Shown: positions 1-9,548 of the stretch, in pieces | Layout of the letters: each line of letters opens with the position of its first letter | Numbering within the stretch: the first letter of the stretch is position 1 | DNA from: a virus | Strand: one strand, 5' to 3' | Virus record (IMG/VR): IMGVR_UViG_3300025585_000037 | Length of the DNA stretch: 20,942 bases | Made by a program: the position numbers and the translations under genes | Notes under the pieces: model-generated | The model's database searches: none | Told to the model about the DNA's origin: nothing | What the model saw: only the letters and a program-made list of their open reading frames with translations

Positions 1-1
1 T

Positions 2-538
2 GGTGAGGTTGGAGTTCTTGATTTGTCTAATGTTCCCAAACCAAGAGGATCTTGGGATGTAATGGGAACGAAGTATGATGCTGTTGGAGTTTCTTATGAT
101 GACTGGCAAGATTACTTTAAGTATGAACGCAATCTTGAACGAGAAGAAAATCTCCGTAAGCGACTTGGATTAGAGAAGGGAGATCCTTTTATTTTCGTCA
201 ATCCATACTACAGTGTCTACAAACCAATGAAAGGAGTTTACCAACAAATCCCAGAAGGATATGATGGGAAGGTTGTTGAGATGGATCCCAACGTTCCTGG
301 TGGTAAAGTTTTTGATTGGTGCTGGGTATTTGAGAATGCCGAAGAGATGCATTCTGTTGACACATCACTTCATTATGTGATGGAGACATTAGATCTCAAA
401 GCAACAAGACTTACGATTCATCCACGTCATTATAAGTATTCAGAACGAGTCTATGATGGGATTCTCAAGAAACCATGGCAGTGGATTGAGTATACCAGAG
501 ATGAGTGGAGAGAGATGACTCCAATGGAGGTAGAATGA
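2..538 (+). CDS. Hypothetical glycosyltransferase-like protein, 5'-truncated; paralogue of the next ORF
   Basis: Frame is open to the window edge. Shares motifs with 535..1287 (KYDAVG..DW.D..K..RN.E.E; FDWC.V.E.A; DTS..Y..ET; PWQ). Stop overlaps the next ATG (ATGA). Confidence 0.6.
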   Translation, partial: GEVGVLDLSNVPKPRGSWDVMGTKYDAVGVSYDDWQDYFKYERNLEREENLRKRLGLEKGDPFIFVNPYYSVYKPMKGVYQQIPEGYDGKVVEMDPNVPGGKVFDWCWVFENAEEMHSVDTSLHYVMETLDLKATRLTIHPRHYKYSERVYDGILKKPWQWIEYTRDEWREMTPMEVE

Positions 539-1287
539 AAGTAGGATTAATTTACCAACCCTGTGGTCTTGGAGATATTTTATTTCTTCAAAAACTGGCA
601 CATCATATCAAAGACCAAGGATATGAAGTCTATTGGCCAGTTGTATCTGAGTTTGAATGGTTGAACGATTATATTCCAGACTTTAATTTTATTTCTTGGG
701 ATGATAAAGAAGTAAAACTGACTCGTCCACCATTACCAGAGCACGTTCAGTTTCCTGGAATTCAGCATTATCTTCCAGAGAAGCAGACTGAAATCACTGA
801 TGAGTTGTTTTACTTTCAGGGTTTTGGAAACTATCAACCAATCATGGCAGGTAAGTATGATAGTATTGGAATGGACTGGACAGATTGGAGAGATCATATT
901 AAGTTTGTTCGCAATCAAGAAAAGGAAGATAAACTGTTTTATGATGTCCTAGGACTCAAAGATGATGATGTGTATGTTCTTGTTAATCGTTATTGGTGTA
1001 CAAGACCACAAGTTGAAATCTGTGATAGAATATCTGTAAATCCTGCTGACTATGGTGGAGCACAAGTCGTAGAGGCAAAGCATATTGAAGGATACTCTTT
1101 GTTTGACTGGTGTAAAGTCATTGAAAAAGCAGCAGCATATAACTTTATTGAAACATCCTGGAACTATCTCTTTGAGACTTCTGAACTCTTTGATAAGGTC
1201 AAAGACAAACCAATGTTCCTTCATCACCGTTGGGGTGATTGGTCGCAAACAAGATACTTATTCAATCTGCCCTGGCAATATCAATGA
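535..1287 (+). CDS. Putative GT-B-fold glycosyltransferase
   Basis: N-terminal YQPCGLGDILF motif like GT9/GT11-type enzymes. GGAGG before ATG 535 and ATGA coupling favour 535 over 505. Confidence 0.55.
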   Translation: MKVGLIYQPCGLGDILFLQKLAHHIKDQGYEVYWPVVSEFEWLNDYIPDFNFISWDDKEVKLTRPPLPEHVQFPGIQHYLPEKQTEITDELFYFQGFGNYQPIMAGKYDSIGMDWTDWRDHIKFVRNQEKEDKLFYDVLGLKDDDVYVLVNRYWCTRPQVEICDRISVNPADYGGAQVVEAKHIEGYSLFDWCKVIEKAAAYNFIETSWNYLFETSELFDKVKDKPMFLHHRWGDWSQTRYLFNLPWQYQ

Positions 1288-1775
1288 TTAAAACAATCAA
1301 TTATCAGCAAACTGAATACCCTCATTTTCAAGCGATTGGTAATGCTTCGCAGTTTGCGATTCCGTTTGCCAAGCACGTTTGTTCTGGGTTTGGATATGAT
1401 ATTGGATGTATGAAACCAGAATGGTCTTTTCCTGGATCCACTCCAATTGATTTGAGTTTTGATGATCCTTGGGATGCCAATCATCTTCCAGAGAAAGATC
1501 CTGATTATATCTTTTCTAGTCATTGTCTTGAGCACGTTGATGATTGGGTTGAGACAATGAACTACTGGTATGAACGTCTGGTAGATGGTGGAGTTCTTTT
1601 TCTTTATCTTCCAGATTATAGTCAGAAATATTGGAGACCATGGAACAACCGAAAGCACAAGCACGTATTTGTGCCAGAGATGATTCGTGATTATATGGTT
1701 GATCGTGGGTATAGGAACGTATTTGTTTCTGGGATTGATTTGAATAACTCATTTATGATTATGGGGGAGAAATGA
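1284..1775 (+). CDS. Class I SAM-dependent methyltransferase
   Basis: GYDIGC motif I, DYIFSSHCLEHV, and L.DGGVLFLYLPD. ATGA coupling at 1284. Confidence 0.8.
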   Translation: MIKTINYQQTEYPHFQAIGNASQFAIPFAKHVCSGFGYDIGCMKPEWSFPGSTPIDLSFDDPWDANHLPEKDPDYIFSSHCLEHVDDWVETMNYWYERLVDGGVLFLYLPDYSQKYWRPWNNRKHKHVFVPEMIRDYMVDRGYRNVFVSGIDLNNSFMIMGEK

Positions 1776-2170
1776 AAATCATCTTTGTAAACGGATGCTT
1801 TGATGTGCTTCATCCTGGACACATTCAACTGTTTGAGTATGCAAAGTCTCTGGGTGATTATTTGATTGTTGCGATTGACTCTGATGAGAAAGTCGCACAG
1901 ATGAAAGGAAAGGAAAGACCAATCTTTTCCCAAGAGGATCGTTCCAAAGTATTACAGGCAATACGTTATATTGATGTTGTTCATATCTTTAATAGTAAAG
2001 AAGAACTTGAGGATTTGATAAAAACAATAAATCCTGATATAATGGTCGTAGGATCTGATTGGAAAGGTAAAGAGGTTGTAGGTGGACATTATGCCAAGGC
2101 AGTTCGGTTTTTTGACAGAGTTGGAGAATATTCAACAACAAGAACACTTCAAGGTCTTACTTATCGGTGA
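1772..2170 (+). CDS. Cytidylyl/adenylyltransferase (RfaE/HldE domain II, TagD-like)
   Basis: GCFDVLHPGH (HxGH), KG..RPI...DR, VVGSDW and YSTT motifs. Confidence 0.9.
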   Translation: MKIIFVNGCFDVLHPGHIQLFEYAKSLGDYLIVAIDSDEKVAQMKGKERPIFSQEDRSKVLQAIRYIDVVHIFNSKEELEDLIKTINPDIMVVGSDWKGKEVVGGHYAKAVRFFDRVGEYSTTRTLQGLTYR

Positions 2171-2885
2171 GTCTTGTAAAGACATTTATCACTATGGTGT
2201 CTGCGACAGGTTATGTGCGGAGGCACCTGTTCCTGTATTTGATTACAGAGCAGAAGAAACTCGCCCAGGAATGGCAGCAAACGTCAGAGAGAATCTGCTT
2301 GCCTATGGTTTGGATGTTGACTTTATTACCAACGATCCAGACCAACTAATCAAAAGAAGATTTGTGGATACTAAGTCCAATCAACTTCTTTTAAGAGAAG
2401 ATCTTGGACACCAGGTAGATGTTGTGGAAATACCTGATTGTAAAAAGTATGATGCTGTAATTATATCTGACTATTGTAAAGGAATTCTTGATCTTGAATC
2501 AATTAGTGTTTTGTGTGAAAAATTTGGTGGACCAATTTTTGTTGATAGTAAGAATCCAGATTTGAAACACTTTAATAATTCTATCATCAAGATTAACAAT
2601 GATGAAGAAAACAAAATGAAGAGTCTACCCAAAAATTGTGAACTAGTCGTCACAATGGGTAAGATGGGAGCAAAGTGGAAAGATAATGTATACAGATCTC
2701 CTCAAGTAGATGTGTTTGATGTAACTGGAGCAGGTGATGTTTTCTTGGCAACTCTTTGTTACTTTTATTTACATACTAGAGATTTAAATGTTGCCATACC
2801 AAAGGCAGTTTATCTGGCTTCCAAATCTGTCCAGCATATGGGAGTTTATATTTTAACTCAAGAAGATATTAATGAGGTTCTATGA
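2091..2885 (+). CDS. PfkB-family sugar kinase (RfaE/HldE domain I-like)
   Basis: RLCAEAPVPV, GMAANV..NL, ISDYCKG and DVTGAGDVF motifs. Start is uncertain (2082, 2091 or about 2121). Confidence 0.88.
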   Translation: MPRQFGFLTELENIQQQEHFKVLLIGESCKDIYHYGVCDRLCAEAPVPVFDYRAEETRPGMAANVRENLLAYGLDVDFITNDPDQLIKRRFVDTKSNQLLLREDLGHQVDVVEIPDCKKYDAVIISDYCKGILDLESISVLCEKFGGPIFVDSKNPDLKHFNNSIIKINNDEENKMKSLPKNCELVVTMGKMGAKWKDNVYRSPQVDVFDVTGAGDVFLATLCYFYLHTRDLNVAIPKAVYLASKSVQHMGVYILTQEDINEVL

Positions 2886-3760
2886 AAGTTTTAAATTTTG
2901 TAAGACCAGAGAATGGACTTACTGAAGATCCTTTATACTATTTAAATTTTGAAAAGTATGAAGATATTGCTAGAGACTGTTATTTGTTTATGGCAGATTT
3001 TTATGGTGACCTATATTCTGGTCAATATGAAGATAAAGAAAAAGTTGTTCTGACATTAGAAGAACCAAACTTCTGTGTTGTTCAAGGTCCAAAATCAGTT
3101 CTTCATGAAAAGGCAGATACAATTCTAACTATTTGTCCATATACTGCTGAACTTTTTGATAATAGAACTTTTGCTTTCTTTCCCTTCAGTGAGGACTGGA
3201 TTCCAGAAGAGAGAGAAAAGGTAATTGATGTATCTTATTTTGGAAGTCTTCCAAGGTCAGTACCTTGGGATAGTTACATCCAGAATGTCTTTACCAAATA
3301 TAATTTTAGATTCGGACATTATAGTATGGGTAATGTTCCTAGGTGTTCGTATTCTGATAAGATGAGAATGCTTTCCGAAACTAAAGTGTCAGTTGTTCAT
3401 GGTCTTTGTAACATTGATCCAGCAACCGCAGAAAACTATTATAACTTTCCTAGAGGTAGGGATAATAAAGCATTTACTCATATTGATCGTGGAACAATGC
3501 CTCAAATTAAATCTAGAATGTTTGAAGCAGCATTTTCTAAATGTGTAATTCTTTGTCAAAGAGATCCCTGGAATCCAATCGAATACTTCTTTACTCCCGA
3601 TGAAGACTTTATGTATTTTGATGATGAAACGGATCTTGATAAGAAGTTAGAATACATTATTAATCATTATGATGAGTTTGACGAAATGAGAAAAAACGCT
3701 TATAATAAGGCAGTGAATAACTACACAACAAAACACTTCGTTGAAAAGTATTTAATGTGA
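2882..3760 (+). CDS. Glycosyltransferase (Glyco_trans_1_2/CgeB-like C-terminus)
   Basis: KSRMFEAAFSKCVIL...YFFTPDEDF..F...DL..KL.Y...H...R.NAYNKA...YT, typical of this family. Confidence 0.7.
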   Translation: MKVLNFVRPENGLTEDPLYYLNFEKYEDIARDCYLFMADFYGDLYSGQYEDKEKVVLTLEEPNFCVVQGPKSVLHEKADTILTICPYTAELFDNRTFAFFPFSEDWIPEEREKVIDVSYFGSLPRSVPWDSYIQNVFTKYNFRFGHYSMGNVPRCSYSDKMRMLSETKVSVVHGLCNIDPATAENYYNFPRGRDNKAFTHIDRGTMPQIKSRMFEAAFSKCVILCQRDPWNPIEYFFTPDEDFMYFDDETDLDKKLEYIINHYDEFDEMRKNAYNKAVNNYTTKHFVEKYLM

Positions 3761-4668
3761 ACAAATATATTGTAACGACAACTATTAATCCCCCGACTCT
3801 TGCTACCATCAAGTATTCAAGAAAAGAGGATTGGACACTGATTGTGGTGGGTGATACTAAAACCCCACATTATGAGTATGAAAATCTAAATTGCATTTAT
3901 CTCTCCCCAGAATATCAAGAGAAAACATATCCAGAATTGAGTGAGACTATTGGATGGAAGTCTATTCAACGTCGTAATATTGGATTTGTTGAAGCATATA
4001 ATCGTGGCGCTGATATTGTTGCGACCGTTGATGATGATAATATTCCTTATGATGATTGGGGAACCAATGTTATTGTTGGTGAAACTGTAGAGATTGATTT
4101 CTATAATACTGATCTTGGAGTCTTTGATCCACTGTCGGTCACAGAACATAATCAAGTCTGGCATCGTGGATATCCAATTGATTTGGTTCCTTATAGGAAC
4201 CGAGTTTCTTATGGTGGCAAACTCAAGCGTAGAGTTCTTGTTCAGGCAGATTTATGGGATGGTGATCCTGATATTGATGCGATGGCACGATTATCTATTC
4301 GTCCCATTGTAAAGTTTGATAAGATTCAAGGTCCTTATGGATCTCTTTCTATCTCACCATTCAATAGTCAAAATACTTTTCTGGCACGGGAAGTCATTCC
4401 ATATTATTCGGTATTCCCTCATGTTGGGCGGATGGATGATATTTGGGGTGGATATGTTCTTCAGCATTATTTCCCCAAGAGTGTTGTGTATAACAAGGCA
4501 TCAGTTTACCAAGACCGAAACGTTCAGGATTTAGTTACCAATCTTGAGAAGGAGATCATTGGATATCGTTATACAACTGATTTAATCCGAGGTTTATCTG
4601 ATTGGCAAGATATTGTTCCGAAAGAAACTCTTGATTACTGGAATGCTTATCGGAGGTGTTTTGAATGA
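3757..4668 (+). CDS. RGP (UDP-arabinopyranose mutase-like)/STELLO-DUF288 family GT-A protein
   Basis: IVTTTIN.PT, VVGD.KTP, RRNIGF..A...GA..VATVDDDN, WHRGYP, DPDIDA, PFNSQNT and GRMDDIW. GTG start coupled to the upstream stop. Confidence 0.7.
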   Translation: MNKYIVTTTINPPTLATIKYSRKEDWTLIVVGDTKTPHYEYENLNCIYLSPEYQEKTYPELSETIGWKSIQRRNIGFVEAYNRGADIVATVDDDNIPYDDWGTNVIVGETVEIDFYNTDLGVFDPLSVTEHNQVWHRGYPIDLVPYRNRVSYGGKLKRRVLVQADLWDGDPDIDAMARLSIRPIVKFDKIQGPYGSLSISPFNSQNTFLAREVIPYYSVFPHVGRMDDIWGGYVLQHYFPKSVVYNKASVYQDRNVQDLVTNLEKEIIGYRYTTDLIRGLSDWQDIVPKETLDYWNAYRRCFE

Positions 4669-4997
4669 AGTATGTGGTTGATATTGACGGTACAATCTGT
4701 GATAAACCAGAGTGTCGGGATGACTGTGACTATGAAACTAGTATCCCAAACCCCGATAGAATTGCCAAAATAAATAAGTTGTATGATGAAGGAAACCAAA
4801 TCATTTATCTTACCGCTAGAGGTATGGGTAGGTCAGGCGACAATGCTGACCTAGCGAAAAGAATGTTCTATGAACTTACAAAGAATCAACTCGATAGTTG
4901 GGGTTGTAAGTATCACAAGTTAGTTCTCGGTAAACCCTCTGGTGATTACTACATTGACGATAAAGGAATTAATGCCAATGAGTTCTTCGGAGATTAA
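4665..4997 (+). CDS. Small HAD-superfamily phosphatase (capsule biosynthesis phosphatase-like)
   Basis: VVDIDGTIC, YLTARG and GKP..DYYIDDK motifs. Confidence 0.85.
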   Translation: MKYVVDIDGTICDKPECRDDCDYETSIPNPDRIAKINKLYDEGNQIIYLTARGMGRSGDNADLAKRMFYELTKNQLDSWGCKYHKLVLGKPSGDYYIDDKGINANEFFGD

Positions 4998-5334
4998 GTT
5001 TGTTCCCAAAGGATGGGGATTTGAAAAGTGGATTGTGAATTGTGAAGAATACTGTGGGAAACTTCTTTATTTTGTAAAGGGGAAAAAGTGTTCTTGGCAT
5101 CACCATAAGTTAAAGGATGAAACTTTCTACATTCAAAGTGGAGAGTTGTCATTAATTTATGGTGATTCTGATGATAAGTCAGAAGCACAAACGATCATAC
5201 TTAAACCTGGGGATAAGTTTCATATCTATCGTGGATTAAGACATCAAATGACCGCAATTACTGATGTTGAATTGTTTGAATTTTCAACACAACACTTTGA
5301 TGAAGATAGTATTCGTATTGAGAGGGGAGACTGA
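4972..5334 (+). CDS. Cupin-fold sugar isomerase-like protein
   Basis: VPKGWGFE.W, CSWHHHKLKDETFYI and LRHQM...ELFEFST. AAAGGA precedes ATG 4972/4978. Confidence 0.8.
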   Translation: MPMSSSEIKFVPKGWGFEKWIVNCEEYCGKLLYFVKGKKCSWHHHKLKDETFYIQSGELSLIYGDSDDKSEAQTIILKPGDKFHIYRGLRHQMTAITDVELFEFSTQHFDEDSIRIERGD

Positions 5335-6167
5335 TGACCATTAGTTATAATCGTCTTGGATCAAATGGTAGACTGGGCAATCAAATGTTCCAGTATGCTG
5401 GACTTCGTGGTATTGCTGCGAGACACAATTATGATTGGGTAGTCCCATCACCAAATTCTTATGGTGATGCGAACTATGGACTTTTTGAATGCTTTGAAAT
5501 GTCCACAGTAAAAGAAGAGAACTTTGGTGTTACTTCATATCAAAGTGTTGTGACTGGATATTTTGAGTTTAGTGAAAAGTTTTTTGAAACCTGTCCAGAC
5601 AATGTAAATATCCACGATTATTTTCAGACTGAAAAATATTTTAAGAATGTAGAAGATATCATCCGTAGAGATTTTGAGTTTAAGAATGATATCAAAGAGC
5701 CTTGTTTGGAAATTACAGAACAGTATAAAGACTTTATTTTCCTACACGTTCGTCGTGGTGATTACTTAAGTCAACCACAATATCATCCCGTCTGTTCACT
5801 TGAATATTATCAAAAGGCATTAGCAGAGTTTCCTGATGATGTTCCCGTCTTTGTATTTTCTGATGATCTTGACTGGTGTAGAGAAAACTTTACTGATGAT
5901 AGGTTCCTAATTCCTGATGAGAACCCACTTTATAATCATCTATCAGATACTAATGATGGGAGAGTCAGATCTCCGATTCCGTATTATGATCTTTGTATGA
6001 TGAGTATGTCTTCTGGAGGAATCATTGCAAACAGTTCTATGAGTTGGTGGGGTGCCTGGTTACAGAACGGTCGTGGAAAAGTCATCGCACCAAAGACCTG
6101 GTTTGGTTCTGCTTATGCCGACTATAATATGTCAGATTTAATTCCAGAGGGATGGATTCAATTATGA
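5334..6167 (+). CDS. GT11 alpha-1,2-fucosyltransferase-like protein
   Basis: GRLGNQMFQYA, YFQTEKYF, HVRRGDY, VFSDD and IANSSMSWWGAWL. Confidence 0.9.
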   Translation: MTISYNRLGSNGRLGNQMFQYAGLRGIAARHNYDWVVPSPNSYGDANYGLFECFEMSTVKEENFGVTSYQSVVTGYFEFSEKFFETCPDNVNIHDYFQTEKYFKNVEDIIRRDFEFKNDIKEPCLEITEQYKDFIFLHVRRGDYLSQPQYHPVCSLEYYQKALAEFPDDVPVFVFSDDLDWCRENFTDDRFLIPDENPLYNHLSDTNDGRVRSPIPYYDLCMMSMSSGGIIANSSMSWWGAWLQNGRGKVIAPKTWFGSAYADYNMSDLIPEGWIQL

Positions 6168-6979
6168 AAGATCTAACTTATATTATGCCGACGAGAATTG
6201 AATCTGAGGATCGGTTAAAGAACATCATCACCTCTGTAACTTATCTCCTCAAGAATTTTCCAGAGGCAACGGTGATTGTTAAGGAAGTTAGTGATCACGC
6301 AACGTTTAAGTTTCGTGCGATTCCAGAGATTAAGAAGTATGTGAGCGTTGATAATCTTCAGTATATCTTTGAAGAAAACACGGAAGATCTATTTCATAAG
6401 ACTCGGATTCTTAATGATCTGATTCTGATGGCAAAGACAAAAGTTGTTTGTAGTCATGACGTTGATGTCATCTACCCTATGAGTAGTCATCATCAAGCAT
6501 ATCAAACGATCATGAATGGAGAAGCAGATGTAATCTATCCTTATGGTTGTGGAGTCTATCAGTTTCAAGTAGACTATCCGATGGAAGTTTTTCAATCATT
6601 TCTTGAAAGTGGATTTGATATGAGAGTTATTGATACCAGATGTAGAACAGAATCCTCTACGATTGGTTGGACGCAATTCTATTCTAGAGAAAAAGTAATC
6701 GCTGGTGGAATGTGGAATGAAAACTTCTTATCCTGGGGTGCGGAAGATTGTGAATTTTATTTTCGGTTTAATGCTTTAGGATATAAAGTCGGTAGAATCA
6801 ATGATTGGATCTGGCACTTTGAACATTCCAGAACACATAATTCCCATTATCACAATCCAAAGTTTATGGACAATCACAACCTGTGGCAGTGGTTAAGGGA
6901 GCAAGATAAGGATACGATTGTGAAATATATGAATCAACAGGAATACTTGGCACGGAGATTTAGTGATGCTCGCATTTAA
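6152..6979 (+). CDS. GT2/GT7-like glycosyltransferase (galactosyltransferase C-terminal domain)
   Basis: HDVD (DxD), GGMWNENFLSWGAEDCEF and HFEH. Alternative start at 6164. Confidence 0.8.
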   Translation: MDSIMKDLTYIMPTRIESEDRLKNIITSVTYLLKNFPEATVIVKEVSDHATFKFRAIPEIKKYVSVDNLQYIFEENTEDLFHKTRILNDLILMAKTKVVCSHDVDVIYPMSSHHQAYQTIMNGEADVIYPYGCGVYQFQVDYPMEVFQSFLESGFDMRVIDTRCRTESSTIGWTQFYSREKVIAGGMWNENFLSWGAEDCEFYFRFNALGYKVGRINDWIWHFEHSRTHNSHYHNPKFMDNHNLWQWLREQDKDTIVKYMNQQEYLARRFSDARI

Positions 6980-7757
6980 TCATTTAGGACATCTGGGTAG
7001 ACTGGGCAATCAGATGTTTCAGTATGCCTCATTGAGGGGCATTGCTGCCCGTAGAGGATATGACTTTGGTATTCCACCTTCTAAGTTTGAGGATGAGTGG
7101 AGATCTCATCAGTTGTTTGAAGTCTTTGATCTTCCAAATCTTCCTAGATCAAATGTCAAGTATTTGGATGGTGGTAATGCTCCTGTTGCTCAAGAACGAT
7201 TCTTTCATTTTGATCAACTGTTATTTGATCAGTGTCCAAATGACGTATCACTGTTTGGATTCTTTCAGTCGGAGAAATACTTTAAGCATATAGAGAATAG
7301 TATTCTTGAAGACTTTACGTTCAGAGATCACATTCTAGAACCGTGTAAAGAGATTGCTGAAGGTTTTGACAATCCAGTTTCTCTTCACGTTCGTCGCACA
7401 GACTACTTGACAAATAATGCGAATCATCATAATCTAGACTTGAGTTATTATGAAGAAGCACTGAAACATTTTGATGGGAGACAGGTCATTGTTTTCTCTG
7501 ATGATTCAGAGTGGTGTCAGGAACAAGAACTGTTTTCGGATGATCGGTTCCTTGTATCCGAATCTGGTGATAATAAGATTGATCTGTGCCTGATGACTTT
7601 CTGTACGGGACACATCATTGCCAATTCATCGTTCTCCTGGTGGGGTGCTTGGTTGGCAAAGAGTGAAAAGGTCATCGCACCATCAAAGTGGTTTGGTCCG
7701 AATAATGCCGATAAAGAAACCAAAGATTTAATTCCTGAAACTTGGACTGTCATCTAA
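6966..7757 (+). CDS. Second GT11 alpha-1,2-fucosyltransferase-like protein
   Basis: GRLGNQMFQYA, FFQSEKYF, HVRRTDY and IANSSFSWWGAWL. Confidence 0.9.
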   Translation: MLAFNHLGHLGRLGNQMFQYASLRGIAARRGYDFGIPPSKFEDEWRSHQLFEVFDLPNLPRSNVKYLDGGNAPVAQERFFHFDQLLFDQCPNDVSLFGFFQSEKYFKHIENSILEDFTFRDHILEPCKEIAEGFDNPVSLHVRRTDYLTNNANHHNLDLSYYEEALKHFDGRQVIVFSDDSEWCQEQELFSDDRFLVSESGDNKIDLCLMTFCTGHIIANSSFSWWGAWLAKSEKVIAPSKWFGPNNADKETKDLIPETWTVI

Positions 7758-8548
7758 TGGATAAAAATAAATCAACACATAAACTTAAAGGATTGCCGCC
7801 AATTTACTATCTCAATCTGGATGATCAACCAGAAAGAAAAGAGTATATGGAAGATCAGTTTAAATATTGGGAGATTGAGAATTATACTCGTATTTCTGCT
7901 TATGATGGTCGTGATGATGATTTGAGCGACATCATTAAGGGTCGGTATCCAGAAACAATGACATCTGGCGAGATTGGATGTACTACTTCTCACTTAAAAG
8001 CAATCAAGCATTGGTATGAGACATCTGATTCTCCATATGCGATCATTATGGAAGATGATGTAGATCTTCAAATTGTAAAATTTTGGAATTTTACATGGTC
8101 TGATTTTGCTTCTAAAGTTCCTTATGATTGGGATGTGATTCAATTAGCAATCATTTGTACTGGAGCATTGCATATAAAACTTCACAAGAGATTTGTGAAT
8201 GATTTTTCAACAGCTTGCTATATGATTACTCGTCATCATGCTGAGAAACTACTAAAGTTTCATGTTCGTGATGGCAAATACAAACTGGATCAGGGTGTAA
8301 AACCAAGACCTGTTGCTGATGATTTAATTTACAATTCTGGTAATACTTTTTCTATTCCATTATTTCTTTATAGAATTGAGTTAGGATCTTCTATTCATCC
8401 TGAACATATTGATGTTTTTCATCGCGCAAGTCATGATGGTTTGCTTGAATTTTGGCAGAAGCAAGGATCTGATATGACTATTGATGACCTTATGAACTAT
8501 GATCCATATTTGGGTAGAATAACCGAATCTTCTCAACCTCAACAGTAA
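7757..8548 (+). CDS. GT25 (LPS biosynthesis) glycosyltransferase
   Basis: IYYLNLD..PER, ISAYDG, GEIGCTTSH, IMEDDV and STACYMIT. TAATG coupling at 7757. Confidence 0.85.
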   Translation: MDKNKSTHKLKGLPPIYYLNLDDQPERKEYMEDQFKYWEIENYTRISAYDGRDDDLSDIIKGRYPETMTSGEIGCTTSHLKAIKHWYETSDSPYAIIMEDDVDLQIVKFWNFTWSDFASKVPYDWDVIQLAIICTGALHIKLHKRFVNDFSTACYMITRHHAEKLLKFHVRDGKYKLDQGVKPRPVADDLIYNSGNTFSIPLFLYRIELGSSIHPEHIDVFHRASHDGLLEFWQKQGSDMTIDDLMNYDPYLGRITESSQPQQ

Positions 8549-8581
8549 GCATTTATACTTATAATGTTTTCATATTCTGAC

Positions 8582-8609
8582 AAAGGGGGCTTGACACCCC
8601 TTTCTTTTT
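8582..8609 (+). terminator. Rho-independent terminator of the glycosylation island
   Basis: AAAGGGG-gcttgaca-CCCCTTT followed by CTTTTT. Confidence 0.7.
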
Positions 8610-8619
8610 ACTATATACT
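8591..8619 (+). promoter_or_regulatory. Sigma70-type promoter for the hli-petF cluster
   Basis: TTGACA (8591-8596), 17-nt spacer, TATACT (8614-8619). The -35 lies in the terminator loop. Confidence 0.75.
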
Positions 8620-8646
8620 TGTGTAACAGTTCTTCACAAAACTTAT

Positions 8647-8856
8647 ATGACTGTAACAAAAAATGAATTTGGGCAAATGAATATGTTTGCCAAAGAACCT
8701 GCAATGTACATGACGAAAGAGGATCTTGAACGTTATGGTATCGAACCTTATGCAGAACGGGCAGAACGAGCAAATTCACGCTGGGCAATGGTCGGTATTA
8801 TTGCTGGCGTTGTTTCTTATGCTATCACTGGCAACTTCTTCTTCGGAGTCTTCTGA
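8647..8856 (+). CDS. hli: High-light-inducible protein with N-terminal extension
   Basis: AERANSRWAMVG chlorophyll-binding motif, a transmembrane helix, and TG..FFGVF C-terminus. Confidence 0.85.
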   Translation: MTVTKNEFGQMNMFAKEPAMYMTKEDLERYGIEPYAERAERANSRWAMVGIIAGVVSYAITGNFFFGVF

Positions 8857-8942
8857 TGACTGAAGCAATCTTCACATTCACTGGGGTTGCGTTCCTGGTG
8901 CTTCTGTGCTATTCTGTTGAGAAAGTTTGCGAAACTTATTGA
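8856..8942 (+). CDS. 28-aa single-helix membrane peptide (MTEAIFTFTGVAFLVLLCYSVEKVCETY)
   Basis: TGATG coupling to hli; fills the gap to petF; hydrophobic core. Confidence 0.6.
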   Translation: MTEAIFTFTGVAFLVLLCYSVEKVCETY

Positions 8943-8948
8943 AACTTT

Positions 8949-9239
8949 ATGACTTTCAACGTTACTCTTCGTTCCTCTGATGGAACCGAAACCACTATTC
9001 AATGCCCTGAAGATCAATACATTATTGATGCTGCCGAATATGCAGGAGTAGATCTTCCCTTCTCTTGTAAGGCAGGTGCCTGCTCTGCTTGTGCTGGCAA
9101 AGTTATCTCTGGTGAGATTGATAACGAAGAACAATCTTTCCTTGATGACGATCAGATGGCAGAAGGGTTTGCTCTCCTTTGTGTAGCATATCCTAAGTCT
9201 GACTGTGTGATCCTCACCGAACAGGAAGAAAATCTGTGA
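8949..9239 (+). CDS. petF: Plant-type [2Fe-2S] ferredoxin
   Basis: [16 protein letters not shown]...EQSFLDDDQ...[10 protein letters not shown]. Confidence 0.96.
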   Translation: MTFNVTLRSSDGTETTIQCPEDQYIIDAAEYAGVDLPFSCKAGACSACAGKVISGEIDNEEQSFLDDDQMAEGFALLCVAYPKSDCVILTEQEENL

Positions 9240-9400
9240 GTGCTGGAATGCTCGGGCAACTGAGTATTGCCCTTCAAGAACTTGTAGAATCTGGTGTCTG
9301 GTCTAATGATGACGAACTCAAAGTTTGTGTCGCAGGCACTCTACCTAAAGACAAATTTATTGTAATTCAAAACACTACTAAAAGGGAGAAAACCAAATGA
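9236..9400 (+). CDS. Small hypothetical protein (54 aa)
   Basis: GTGA and ATGA coupling at both ends; [30 protein letters not shown]... Confidence 0.6.
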   Translation: MSAGMLGQLSIALQELVESGVWSNDDELKVCVAGTLPKDKFIVIQNTTKREKTK

Positions 9401-9516
9401 AATTTGGATGGACTGAACAAGCAGAAGCACTTAATGGAAAAATTGCTATGCTTGCGTTTGTAGTTATGGCGGGTACATATCTCACTACCGGTCAACTCAT
9501 TCCTGGAGTATTCTGA
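9397..9516 (+). CDS. hli: High-light-inducible protein (39 aa)
   Basis: [39 protein letters not shown], with AE..NG.IAM and TGQ.IPG.F hallmarks. GGGAG RBS upstream. Confidence 0.9.
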   Translation: MKFGWTEQAEALNGKIAMLAFVVMAGTYLTTGQLIPGVF

Positions 9517-9548
9517 CTCTAAATAAGGAACAGAGTTTTTAAAGTCTT

